In this document: positions 19,732 to 27,594 of the stretch, piece by piece | Numbering within the stretch: position 1 is the stretch's first letter | Layout: every line of letters begins with the position of its first letter | Virus genome (UHGV): UHGV-0074437 | Length of the DNA: 28,657 nt | Origin: a virus | Strand: one strand, 5' to 3' | Notes under the pieces: model-generated | The model's database searches: none | The model's input: the letters and a program-made list of their open reading frames with translations, nothing else | What the model was told of the DNA's origin: nothing | Translations under genes and position numbers: made by a program

Positions 19732-20033
19732 ATGTAACTGAAATCCCTTTATCGCCGGATAACCAGCTATTTCGCATTCAGTTAGCAGAGACAACATACA
19801 CGCTGAGAGTCATTTGGCGTGATTCTGCTGGCTGGATTCTGGATGTACAAGATAGCAGTGGCGCACCGCTTCTTTCTGGTGTGCCGCTGGTAACCGGTGT
19901 AAATCTTCTTGAGCAATATCCTCAACTAGGTATTAACGGGGCGCTGCTCGTTGGCTGCGATGTAGGCGCACCGGACGAGCCCACCAAAACCAACCTCGGC
20001 ACATACAGCCACCTCATTTTCGTACAGGAGTAG
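19728..20033 (+). CDS. Putative small baseplate-associated protein
   Basis: 101-aa ORF translationally coupled (ATGA overlap) within the baseplate gene string. Confidence 0.4.
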   Translation: MNVTEIPLSPDNQLFRIQLAETTYTLRVIWRDSAGWILDVQDSSGAPLLSGVPLVTGVNLLEQYPQLGINGALLVGCDVGAPDEPTKTNLGTYSHLIFVQE

Positions 20034-20035
20034 AA

Positions 20036-21106
20036 ATGTCTCTTAACTGGATGCGCCATTTTGAGTTGCAGCTGTTGGACCAGAACGGGCAGGGCGTTTC
20101 CCTGTCTGACTTTAAGGTCACATTCCAGATCGAGTGGGCAGACACACGCTGGCCGCGCGTGGCTAACGTAAAGGTCTATAACCTTTCTACCACCACCACT
20201 AATAAGATCCTTGGGCAGGAGTTTGCCAAAATTCGCATCATTGCCGGGTATGACGGTATAGCGCCGGATGTTGATGCGAGCCAGGTTGGTGTGTCCCGGG
20301 AGATTTCACCAGACCAGATAGGGCAGGTGAACGGTCAGAACTACGGCCTGATTTTTGACGGTGATATTCGCTTCACCGTCACCGGGAAGGACAACATTAC
20401 GGATTCCTGGGTGTTGATTCAGGCCATTGGTGATCACGAAGCGTTCCTCTATGCGACCACCATCACCACGCTTGCCGCTGGCTATACCGTTGCGGACCTG
20501 CACCGGGCGACGATGCAGGATTTCAACGCGTTCGGCGTGACACAGGGCATTACCGGCGATTTTCCTGATACCGTGTTTCCTCGTGGCCGCGCGATTTACT
20601 CATCCAGCCGCAACGTGATGGATAATATTGCTGCGCAGTGCAAAGCGACATGGCAACTGGTGGATGGTCAGGTCCAGATGGTGCCGGAGGATAAATATAT
20701 TCACGAAGCCATTGTGTTGAATGCCGATACTGGCCTGATCGGTATGCCGCAACAAACGATGGGCGGCGGCGTAAACGTGCGGTGTCTGATAAACCCGAAC
20801 ATCCGCATTAATGGTCTTATCCAGCTCGATCAGGCTTCGGTGTACCGCGCGACAGTTGGCAACTCCGATATTGCGCAGTCGCTTGGGCGGATCGGGACGT
20901 CTGTATATAATGGGAACATCGAAAGTGACACGTTACCCAGCAAACAACAGGCTGCCAGCATTGCGACAGATGGCGTTTATATCGTCAAAGCTATCGACTA
21001 TACTGGTGACACCAGAGGTCAGGCGTGGTACATGGATTTGATGTGTTTTGCGCGTGGGGCTCGTGATCTTTATAGCCCGAAAGCAATGCAAGGGACGACG
21101 AATTAG
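20036..21106 (+). CDS. Putative baseplate hub protein (Mu gp44 / P2 gpD-like by position)
   Basis: 356-aa ORF with AGGAG RBS, upstream of the spike V, W-like and J genes, matching the Mu-type baseplate gene order as recalled. Confidence 0.5.
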   Translation: MSLNWMRHFELQLLDQNGQGVSLSDFKVTFQIEWADTRWPRVANVKVYNLSTTTTNKILGQEFAKIRIIAGYDGIAPDVDASQVGVSREISPDQIGQVNGQNYGLIFDGDIRFTVTGKDNITDSWVLIQAIGDHEAFLYATTITTLAAGYTVADLHRATMQDFNAFGVTQGITGDFPDTVFPRGRAIYSSSRNVMDNIAAQCKATWQLVDGQVQMVPEDKYIHEAIVLNADTGLIGMPQQTMGGGVNVRCLINPNIRINGLIQLDQASVYRATVGNSDIAQSLGRIGTSVYNGNIESDTLPSKQQAASIATDGVYIVKAIDYTGDTRGQAWYMDLMCFARGARDLYSPKAMQGTTN

Positions 21107-21118
21107 TGAGGTGGGGCC

Positions 21119-21463
21119 GTGAGACATTTACTTTGCACTGTTACCGTGTTCGCGGTGCTTATATCAGCACCAGCTTTTGCGGATCAGCAATGTGGTGATT
21201 TTAAAATCCATTGGGCAGATGATGGCTTAGCCAGAATCAATGGCGCAAAGCCAGAAATGCAAAAAATCACCTTCCTGAAAAACAAAGGCGATTATAACAA
21301 TATCAAGATGGATTGGCGTATGGCTACCGATCAGCCTGGAAGATGGGTTGGTCTTGAGTACATCAATCGAAACGGCAAGATAATTCTCAATGCCCAGTGG
21401 CTGCAAGCCAGCATGAATGCGCCGCGTCAGTATGCAACATACGACTGCCGAAAAGTAAAATAG
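21119..21463 (+). CDS. Small secreted (periplasmic) protein of unknown function; moron candidate
   Basis: 114-aa ORF with GTG start at 21119 and GAGGTGGGG RBS; clear Sec signal peptide (hydrophobic core, AFA-DQQ cleavage site); two cysteines in the mature part; region is markedly AT-rich relative to the flanking structural genes. Confidence 0.55.
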   Translation: MRHLLCTVTVFAVLISAPAFADQQCGDFKIHWADDGLARINGAKPEMQKITFLKNKGDYNNIKMDWRMATDQPGRWVGLEYINRNGKIILNAQWLQASMNAPRQYATYDCRKVK

Positions 21464-21481
21464 CCCGCCAGATAGGCGGGC
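21463..21481 (-). terminator. Intrinsic terminator for the minus-strand moron gene
   Basis: Perfect 7-bp GC stem GCCCGCC-agata-GGCGGGC; a U-rich tract follows on the minus strand (plus-strand AAAAGTAAAATA at 21450-21462), whereas no T-tract follows on the plus strand. Confidence 0.55.
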
Positions 21482-21486
21482 ATGCG

Positions 21487-21777
21487 TCAAAAATATTGAG
21501 CTTTAATTATAATAAACACAATAATTACGAACAGGATGTTTCTAATTATTTTTTGCTTATGAGTAAGTTGTTTTTTTTCTGTCGATTTCCCGGGAGAGTA
21601 AAGGTTAGTGGTATGCGACAGCCCCGTGCCGGGAAGGCCATTTGTCATCTTTACGCCTTTTTTCCCGATGTTAATGGTGGAACCTTTACCACCAATTGAA
21701 GTGCTTACTCCGCTTTTGCTAATGTTGATCGCGAGTCCGGGCGCAATCCGGATTCTTTTGCGAAATCTAAAGCCCAT
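21487..21777 (-). CDS. Small membrane-anchored protein, DUF4236-like N-terminus (as recalled) with C-terminal transmembrane helix; moron candidate
   Basis: 96-aa ORF on the strand opposite to the whole structural operon; strong RBS AGGAG 6 nt before the ATG; Gly/Lys/Ser-rich N-terminal segment GFRFRKRIRIAPGLAINISKSGVSTSIGGKGSTINIGKKGV; C-terminal hydrophobic helix NILFVIIVFIIII; AT-rich codon usage. Confidence 0.55.
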   Translation of the reverse strand: MGFRFRKRIRIAPGLAINISKSGVSTSIGGKGSTINIGKKGVKMTNGLPGTGLSHTTNLYSPGKSTEKKQLTHKQKIIRNILFVIIVFIIIKAQYF

Positions 21778-21964
21778 TTGTTACTCCTGTAGTCAAGAAT
21801 GCGATGGTGCAGGTCCACTCTATGGCGGCTTCATGGCTGAAATTGATTTTTAATGCTTACTTGTTGCAAATATATCCTAATACACCTTGTGAATATGTGC
21901 CATTGCAGCGGAAAAGCCTTACTTCACACTGATGTAGCTTAGTTACTAAGAGATAATTGATACC

Positions 21965-21990
21965 AAACCAGCTTCGGCTGGTTTTTTTAT
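21965..21990 (+). terminator. Intrinsic terminator (UUCG-loop hairpin plus T7 tract) immediately upstream of the baseplate spike gene
   Basis: AAACCAGC-ttcg-GCTGGTTT followed by TTTTTTT, then GGGG and the ATG at 22000; no annotated plus-strand gene ends here. Confidence 0.55.
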
Positions 21991-21999
21991 GGGGTTTTT

Positions 22000-22740
22000 A
22001 TGCCAATTCCTACTCAATCACAGATCGGCGGCGAGCAGCAGACCGCGCAGGCCATTGCCGATTCGGTGTCTACTCAGATGCGCGTAGCGATGCCTGGCAT
22101 CATTCAGTCGTTCGATCCTGACGCTGTAACCTGCACAGTAGAGGTGGCGCTTCGCGGTATTGTTGGCGACGACTCCACCGAATTAAAACCGCTGGTGGAT
22201 GTGCCTGCCATCTTCCCGCGCGGAGGCGGTTGCACGCTGACCTTTCCGGTAAAAGAAGGAGATGAGTGCCTGCTGATCTTTGCCGACCGTTGCATCGATT
22301 TCTGGTGGCAGAGCGGCGGCGTTCAGGAGACCGTCGACCCGCGCCAGCATGACTTATCTGATGCGTTCGCCATCGTTGGCCCGCAGTCGCAAGCGCAAAA
22401 AATCAGCGGTATCAGTACCAGCGCCGCGCAGCTGCGAACCGATGATGGTGCGGCGTTCGTAGAGGTTTCCGCAGGACATAACATCACCGTTCAAACACCG
22501 GGCCAGCTCACGGCTACGGCTGAAGGTGGAACGACAATCACATCCCCGACTATCACGCTGAACGGCAACGTAACGATTAATGGCAATCTGTCTCAGGGAA
22601 TGGGAGAAAGTGGTGGTACTGCGACGATGCTTGGGCCGGTTACGGTAACGAATGATGTGACAGCTTCAGGTATAAGTGTCGCCACGCATAAACATGGCGG
22701 AGTTCAGACAGGCGGGGGAACTACTGGAGGGCCGCAATAA
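22000..22740 (+). CDS. Baseplate spike / assembly protein V-like (Mu gp45 type)
   Basis: 246-aa ORF; N-terminal OB-fold-like region then a Gly/Thr-rich repetitive C-terminus (TITSPTITLNGNVTINGNLSQG...), typical of gpV/gp5-type spikes; followed by W-like and J genes. Confidence 0.7.
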   Translation: MPIPTQSQIGGEQQTAQAIADSVSTQMRVAMPGIIQSFDPDAVTCTVEVALRGIVGDDSTELKPLVDVPAIFPRGGGCTLTFPVKEGDECLLIFADRCIDFWWQSGGVQETVDPRQHDLSDAFAIVGPQSQAQKISGISTSAAQLRTDDGAAFVEVSAGHNITVQTPGQLTATAEGGTTITSPTITLNGNVTINGNLSQGMGESGGTATMLGPVTVTNDVTASGISVATHKHGGVQTGGGTTGGPQ

Positions 22741-23093
22741 TGCGATACCGACGAGAAGATGCTGACGGCGATTACACTTTCGGGCAAGGTGACGACACCT
22801 TCCTTATCGACAGTCCGGAATGTGTCGCCCAGGCCGTAAAAACCCGTTTCGAGCTCTGGCGCGGTCAGTGGTTTCTCGATCTGACGGAAGGCACGCCGTA
22901 TGTTCAGTCAGTGCTTGGGAAACAGCGATCAGACGTCTACATCCTGGCTATACGCGAACGCATACAGGACACGCCGGGCGTTCTGTCGATTCTTTCCTTC
23001 GATACCAATTATGACGGCACCAGCCGCCGCGTCACTTTCACTTCCTCCATTGACACAATCTACGGCCAGACGACTGTAACAAGCGAGGCATAA
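22740..23093 (+). CDS. Baseplate wedge protein (GPW / gp25-like)
   Basis: 117-aa ORF overlapping the V-like stop (ATAATG), of the size and position of P2 gpW / Mu gp46. Confidence 0.6.
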   Translation: MRYRREDADGDYTFGQGDDTFLIDSPECVAQAVKTRFELWRGQWFLDLTEGTPYVQSVLGKQRSDVYILAIRERIQDTPGVLSILSFDTNYDGTSRRVTFTSSIDTIYGQTTVTSEA

Positions 23094-24293
23094 ATGGCTT
23101 TGAACCTCGACACGCTGGGGCTATCGGCAACGGTAACCGCCCAGGGGATTAGTGCGCCTGATTACCAGACAATCCTCGATACACTGACCAGCTATTTCAG
23201 GCAGATTTACGGTAGTGATGCCTACCTAGAACCAGACAGCAAAGATGGGCAAATGGTCGCGCTGGTGGCTCTGGCTGTGCATGATGCTAACAATACCGCT
23301 ATCGAGATCTACAACTCGTTTTCACCGACGACAGCGCAGTCCGCAGCGCTTAGCAGCAATGTGAAAATTAACGGGATCACGCGAAAAGTAGCGACAAACT
23401 CTACTGCTGACCTTCTGTTAACCGGTACGGCGGGCACGACTATCACGAATGGCTCCGCACGGGATAAAAACGGCATTATCTGGAATTTTCCCGCGAGTGT
23501 AGCAATCGGGGTTGATGGTACTGTGCTGGTGACGGCCACATGTGCGAATAGCGGTTCGGTTGCGGCGCTGGCCGGGTCGATTACCACTATCAACACGCCG
23601 ACCCGTGGCTGGGCATCGGTAACCAACCCGGCGGCGGCCACCGTAGGCGCACCGGCTGAAACCGACGCAGAGCTGCGCATCAGGCAGGGACAAAGCGTAG
23701 CGCTACCATCCCTCACACCGTTTGAAGGTGTCGATGGTGCGATCGCCAACGTTGCAGGCGTGACACGTCACAAGCTCTACGAGAATGATACTGGTGTCAC
23801 CGACAGCAACGGGCTACCGCCTCATTCCATTTCCGCCATCGTTGATGGAGGTGATGTTGCCGAGATAGCCCAGACAATAAGGGGAAACAAAGGGCAGGGA
23901 ACAGCCACCTACGGGACAACATCTGTCACGGTGCCGGACACCTACGGTAACCCACACGTGATCAGTTTTTCGCGGTCTACTGATGTCCCGATTTACGGGC
24001 ATATCACCCTGAAAGCATTCACCGGCTACACGTCGCAAATTGGTGTACAGATTCAGCAGGCCGTCGCGGATTACATCAACGGGCTGACGATCGGCGACGA
24101 TGTGCTGCTGAGCAGGATCTACTCTCCGGCTAACCTCGGCGTAGTGAGTGGTGGCAACGCGCGCTACTACGACATACAGGAGCTGTTGATTGGCAAATCA
24201 GCTGGTAGCGTCGCGGCGGCAAACATCATCATCGCCTATAACGAATCCGCGTCGTGTAAGCCCGAAAATATTGTTCTAACGGTGACGTCATGA
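23094..24293 (+). CDS. Baseplate J-like protein
   Basis: 399-aa ORF of the size and position of Baseplate_J family proteins (P2 gpJ / Mu gp47), between the W-like and I-like genes. Confidence 0.7.
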   Translation: MALNLDTLGLSATVTAQGISAPDYQTILDTLTSYFRQIYGSDAYLEPDSKDGQMVALVALAVHDANNTAIEIYNSFSPTTAQSAALSSNVKINGITRKVATNSTADLLLTGTAGTTITNGSARDKNGIIWNFPASVAIGVDGTVLVTATCANSGSVAALAGSITTINTPTRGWASVTNPAAATVGAPAETDAELRIRQGQSVALPSLTPFEGVDGAIANVAGVTRHKLYENDTGVTDSNGLPPHSISAIVDGGDVAEIAQTIRGNKGQGTATYGTTSVTVPDTYGNPHVISFSRSTDVPIYGHITLKAFTGYTSQIGVQIQQAVADYINGLTIGDDVLLSRIYSPANLGVVSGGNARYYDIQELLIGKSAGSVAAANIIIAYNESASCKPENIVLTVTS

Positions 24294-24970
24294 GCAAGTA
24301 CACGGACTTAATCACCAACTATCACGCCACGAAGCCGAAATTTTTTGATCACGTCGACCTGAGCACCCGGCCACTGATTGATATCACTGCCGCCACCAGA
24401 GGGCTGCTAAGCGCTTTCGATATTGATACCGCCGTCGGCGTCCAGCTCGATACGCTCGGCCTCTGGATTGGCCGTAGTCGAATAGTCAGCCAGCCGATAA
24501 GTGGCGTTTATTTCAGTCTGGACACTGACGGGCTTGGGTTTGATCAGGGAGTATGGCAAGGCCCATATGACCCCGATTCGGGTTACACCACGCTGAGCGA
24601 CGAAACTTATCGCATCGTTCTTAAGGCGAAAATCGCTATCAACAACTGGGACGGCCGGAATGATTCGCTGCCTCCCATCCTTGACGCTGCAACTGCAGGC
24701 TCTGGCCTGAAGATGCAAATCGTCGACAACCAGGACATGACGATCTCGGTCTGGCTTTTTCCCGAGACTGACATTTCAGATGTGTCTCTCGAACTGATCG
24801 CCGCTATTAAACAGGGCTATCTCACTGTTAAAGCTGCTGGGGTGTGGGCCGGAGACGTTGAAACGCCATCGGTAGAAACACCATCCGAGGGCACGAAATT
24901 TTTTGGTTTTGATATGGATAACGAATACATCGCCGGATTTGACGATGGCGCATGGGGGAAATTACTGTAA
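24290..24970 (+). CDS. Baseplate/tail protein I-like (Mu gp48 position)
   Basis: 226-aa ORF overlapping the J stop (ATGA), directly upstream of the tail fibre gene. Confidence 0.55.
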   Translation: MSKYTDLITNYHATKPKFFDHVDLSTRPLIDITAATRGLLSAFDIDTAVGVQLDTLGLWIGRSRIVSQPISGVYFSLDTDGLGFDQGVWQGPYDPDSGYTTLSDETYRIVLKAKIAINNWDGRNDSLPPILDAATAGSGLKMQIVDNQDMTISVWLFPETDISDVSLELIAAIKQGYLTVKAAGVWAGDVETPSVETPSEGTKFFGFDMDNEYIAGFDDGAWGKLL

Positions 24971-25866
24971 TGGCTAAGAACGATTTTAAACCGTTTGCTA
25001 CCGGCTCTGGCGCAAACGTAATGTCCCAGACTGACTGGGAAGCACTGCCTGCGCTTTTGGCTGGATTTCAGTCTGGCAAGGCATCCAGTGCACAAATTAA
25101 CAAGGCATTTCGACAGTCCAGCTTTATCGCGGCCGCACTCGCTCAGTTTATTGCTGATACCAACGGTACTGATGTCCTGGATAATGGGAATTTTTCTGAC
25201 ATTGTTCTTAAATTGAAGTCTGCAATATCTACTGCTTCTACAGGACGTTTGTTGAATGTCAGAACGTTCACATCATCAGGAACGTATACGCCAACAGCAG
25301 GTACTAAGTTTGTTGTTGTGGAAGTTCAGGGCGGCGGTGGCGGCAGTGGCGGTGTGCCAGCTACTGGGTCCAGTAGCGTTGCTGCATCTGGCGCTGGCGG
25401 TGCAGGTGCTTATGCTAAAGCTTATATCACATCCGGATTTTCTGGCGTGTCTGTTACTGTAGGTGCTGGTGGTGCTGCTGGATCATCAGGCGGCGGTGAT
25501 GGTGGCGCGGGAGGCACCTCAAGCTTTGGGTCATTAGTCTCTTGCCCAGGTGGAACTGGTGGCGGCTCTACGGGAAGTGTCGCTGTGTCGTTCCCAACTT
25601 CTCGCGGAGGCAGTACAGAAACGGCAGCCCCTACAGGCGGTAACATTATTTCATCAAAAGGAAAGGCGGGTGCTGGTTCTACCGTAGTAAATGGAACTGT
25701 CGGTAACTTTGGCACAGGTGCGGCATCGCCATTCTCAGCAGGTGGAACTGGTGGCGATGGGGAGAACGGTTCTGGTGGCGGTGGATGGATTAACTTTGTC
25801 AGCCAATCCGCTCGCGCTGGCTACGCAGGTGGCAAAGGTCTGGTTGTTGTATGGGAATATGCTTGA
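24970..25866 (+). CDS. Tail fibre protein with a glycine-rich C-terminal domain
   Basis: Open frame 24952-25866; preferred start ATG 24970 (overlaps the upstream stop as TAATG, GGGGGA RBS), giving N-terminus MAKNDFKPFATGSGANVMSQTDWEALP; C-terminal half is a Gly-rich low-complexity region (GGGGGSGG, GAGGAAGSSGGGDGGAGG, GGTGGDGENGSGGGG). Confidence 0.75.
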   Translation: MAKNDFKPFATGSGANVMSQTDWEALPALLAGFQSGKASSAQINKAFRQSSFIAAALAQFIADTNGTDVLDNGNFSDIVLKLKSAISTASTGRLLNVRTFTSSGTYTPTAGTKFVVVEVQGGGGGSGGVPATGSSSVAASGAGGAGAYAKAYITSGFSGVSVTVGAGGAAGSSGGGDGGAGGTSSFGSLVSCPGGTGGGSTGSVAVSFPTSRGGSTETAAPTGGNIISSKGKAGAGSTVVNGTVGNFGTGAASPFSAGGTGGDGENGSGGGGWINFVSQSARAGYAGGKGLVVVWEYA

Positions 25867-25914
25867 TGAGCACAGTTGATTGTTGGTTTTGATATGAACC
25901 AGTAATTAACCATT

Positions 25915-25950
25915 AAAGCAGGGACTTTGTAACATAGCTCCCTGCTTTAT
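25915..25950. terminator. Candidate bidirectional terminator between the convergent tail fibre and acyltransferase genes
   Basis: 10-bp inverted repeat AAAGCAGGGA / TCCCTGCTTT (25915-25924 and 25939-25948) around a 14-nt loop, flanked by A-rich and T-rich sequence, between the two stop codons (25866 and 25978). Confidence 0.4.
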
Positions 25951-25977
25951 ACTCTAAATATTATGCAACCCTCACTT

Positions 25978-27141
25978 CTATCTGGCTTGAGATATTGAAA
26001 TAGATTTTGTTTTCCGCCCATACATCAAACGGCTAAGCGATATAGATGGGTTATCTATAAGCTTTGTAAATAAATGTGCTATTATTATGCTTGTGGGAAT
26101 CGTAAACACCCATACATAAATTGGGCTGTATTTATATAGTAAAAGTAACCCTATAGAAAGAATTGTATAATGTATAAGGTATAGCGAGAAAGATATTCTC
26201 CCAAGATAAAGACCAACAGACAGGAACTTACCCTCTTTTAATTTAAGTGAGCACACGATTAATCCAACGGCACCGATAGATGTCACAATATCACCAAGAC
26301 CTCTGTGTGATAAAGTCCATCCATTATTAAATGGGTAGCAATACAGCATTAAAGAAATTATCACCAGCAGGAATATGATTTTCTTGTCTATATTATTCAT
26401 TATTTCATTAGTTCTTTTCACATTTAAAGCAAGGTATGCACCAATTGTAAAAAATAACGAGTAATGAACTGTTAACAGGCTTGAGCTTAGGGGGTCTATA
26501 CCGTATAGATGCGGTTTAGAGTTCATGATAAATATACTAAGCATCGATGCCAACAAGGATAGCAGCACAAAGCGAAAGCCAAGTTTTTTCGTAAAGTACA
26601 GAATTAAAGGAAACGCTATCGAAATTCTAGCCTCGTAAACTAAGGACCATGCTGGAGGGTTTATTTCGAAGTAATTGTAAAACCCCAGCATGCCAATGTG
26701 ATTAACTATTGTTGCTAGATTGAAGTCTGGTTTTGCTACGCCCATCCATCCTTTTTCCCAGGAAAAACCACTTGATTTCATGACTGCAAAGACAATAGCC
26801 ACAAATAATAATGATGCAATGAATGGAATGTATAGGCGAGCTACCCTGGCTAACAGATATCTAAACATATTAAATGGATTTGCTGAGTTGATCATCATTG
26901 TTAAAGCAAACCCACTCAACACAAAGAAAACAATAACAGCTTGATGTCCAGCCCACAGAAAGCGAAATGGTGACCATTCAAGATACGGCCAGATAGTGGG
27001 GTTGTTATATAATCCAGCAACGGTTGTGTGAGCAAGCAAAACCGTTAGAGCAGCATAACCCCTAACTGCATCAAGAGATGGGATTCGTTTTGTATCTTTC
27101 ATTACTATTCTCATTTTAGTTTGTTGAGTCAATACTAACAT
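25978..27141 (-). CDS. Acyltransferase family 3 integral membrane protein (putative O-antigen / LPS O-acetyltransferase, lysogenic-conversion type)
   Basis: Minus-strand ORF with about 10 predicted transmembrane segments; N-terminal region KRIPSLDAVRGYAALTVLLAHT...FFVLSGFALT matches the acyltransferase_3 (OafA/Oac-type) signature; strongly AT-rich. Three candidate in-frame ATG starts (27141, 27114, 27102); the third gives MKDTKRIP, the usual N-terminus for this family. Confidence 0.8.
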   Translation of the reverse strand: MLVLTQQTKMRIVMKDTKRIPSLDAVRGYAALTVLLAHTTVAGLYNNPTIWPYLEWSPFRFLWAGHQAVIVFFVLSGFALTMMINSANPFNMFRYLLARVARLYIPFIASLLFVAIVFAVMKSSGFSWEKGWMGVAKPDFNLATIVNHIGMLGFYNYFEINPPAWSLVYEARISIAFPLILYFTKKLGFRFVLLSLLASMLSIFIMNSKPHLYGIDPLSSSLLTVHYSLFFTIGAYLALNVKRTNEIMNNIDKKIIFLLVIISLMLYCYPFNNGWTLSHRGLGDIVTSIGAVGLIVCSLKLKEGKFLSVGLYLGRISFSLYLIHYTILSIGLLLLYKYSPIYVWVFTIPTSIIIAHLFTKLIDNPSISLSRLMYGRKTKSISISQAR

Positions 27142-27457
27142 CCATCTGGAGGTTTAAGAAACATCCTCAGCATCCATAACACTTAAGGCTGGCGCCAGCA
27201 CAGAGAAAGCGAAATGGTGACCATTCAAGATACGGCCAGATAGTGGGGTTGTTATATAATCCAGCAACGGTTGTGTGAGCAAGCAAAACCGTTAGAGCAG
27301 CATAACCCCTAACTGCATCAAGAGATGGGATTCGTTTTGTATCTTTCATTACTATTCTCATTTTAGTTTGTTGAGTCAATACTAACATCCATCTGGAGGT
27401 TTAAGAAACATCCTCAGCATCCATAACACTTAAGGCTGGCGCCAGCACAGAGAAAGC
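26957..27457. repeat. Tandem direct duplication (2 x 247 bp plus 7 bp) covering the 5' end and upstream region of the acyltransferase gene
   Basis: 26957-27203 is repeated identically at 27204-27450 (checked at several anchor points); identity continues 7 nt (AGAAAGC, 27451-27457) into a third unit; the junctions coincide with the short direct repeat AGAAAGC. Confidence 0.85.
27167..27388 (-). pseudogene. Truncated duplicate of the acyltransferase 5' end (62 identical N-terminal codons plus an 11-codon out-of-context tail)
   Basis: Minus-strand ORF whose first 62 residues are identical to the acyltransferase N-terminus, then diverge at the duplication junction into CAGASLKCYGC-stop. Confidence 0.7.
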
Positions 27458-27550
27458 ACTTGCCGCACTTCATTAAAATTTCGCAAATTTTTCTAATTGG
27501 CAAGAATGAATATCATCCGGACCAAGTAGTTATGACTAACCATGAACAGC

Positions 27551-27575
27551 AAACCCCGCTTCGGCGGGTTTTTTA
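27551..27575 (+). terminator. Intrinsic terminator (UUCG-loop hairpin plus T-tract) immediately upstream of the RBS of the next plus-strand gene
   Basis: AAACCCCGC-ttcg-GCGGG followed by TTTTTTATT, then AAGGAG RBS and the ATG at 27595; same architecture as the 21965-21990 element. Confidence 0.5.
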
Positions 27576-27594
27576 TTGCACTAAGGAGTGCTCA

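Noticed and set aside
21397-21853. Plus-strand ORFs of 100 and 81 aa in the moron island
   Set aside because: They overlap the minus-strand gene, which has a strong RBS and coherent features; their translations are low-complexity with no RBS. The interval may still produce non-coding RNA (reported as a finding).
25422-25715. Proline-rich 97-aa minus-strand ORF inside the tail fibre gene
   Set aside because: Reverse-complement reading of Gly codons (GGN to NCC) yields poly-Pro; artefact of the Gly-rich fibre domain.
25300-25860. Repetitive GGTGG / GGCGG-rich DNA that could be mistaken for a repeat array or CRISPR
   Set aside because: The repeats are irregular, lie in frame within a coding sequence and have no repeat-spacer periodicity; they encode glycine runs.
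26720-26944. 74-aa plus-strand ORF inside the acyltransferase gene
   Set aside because: Antisense to a membrane-protein gene with a clear family signature; AT-rich chance ORF.
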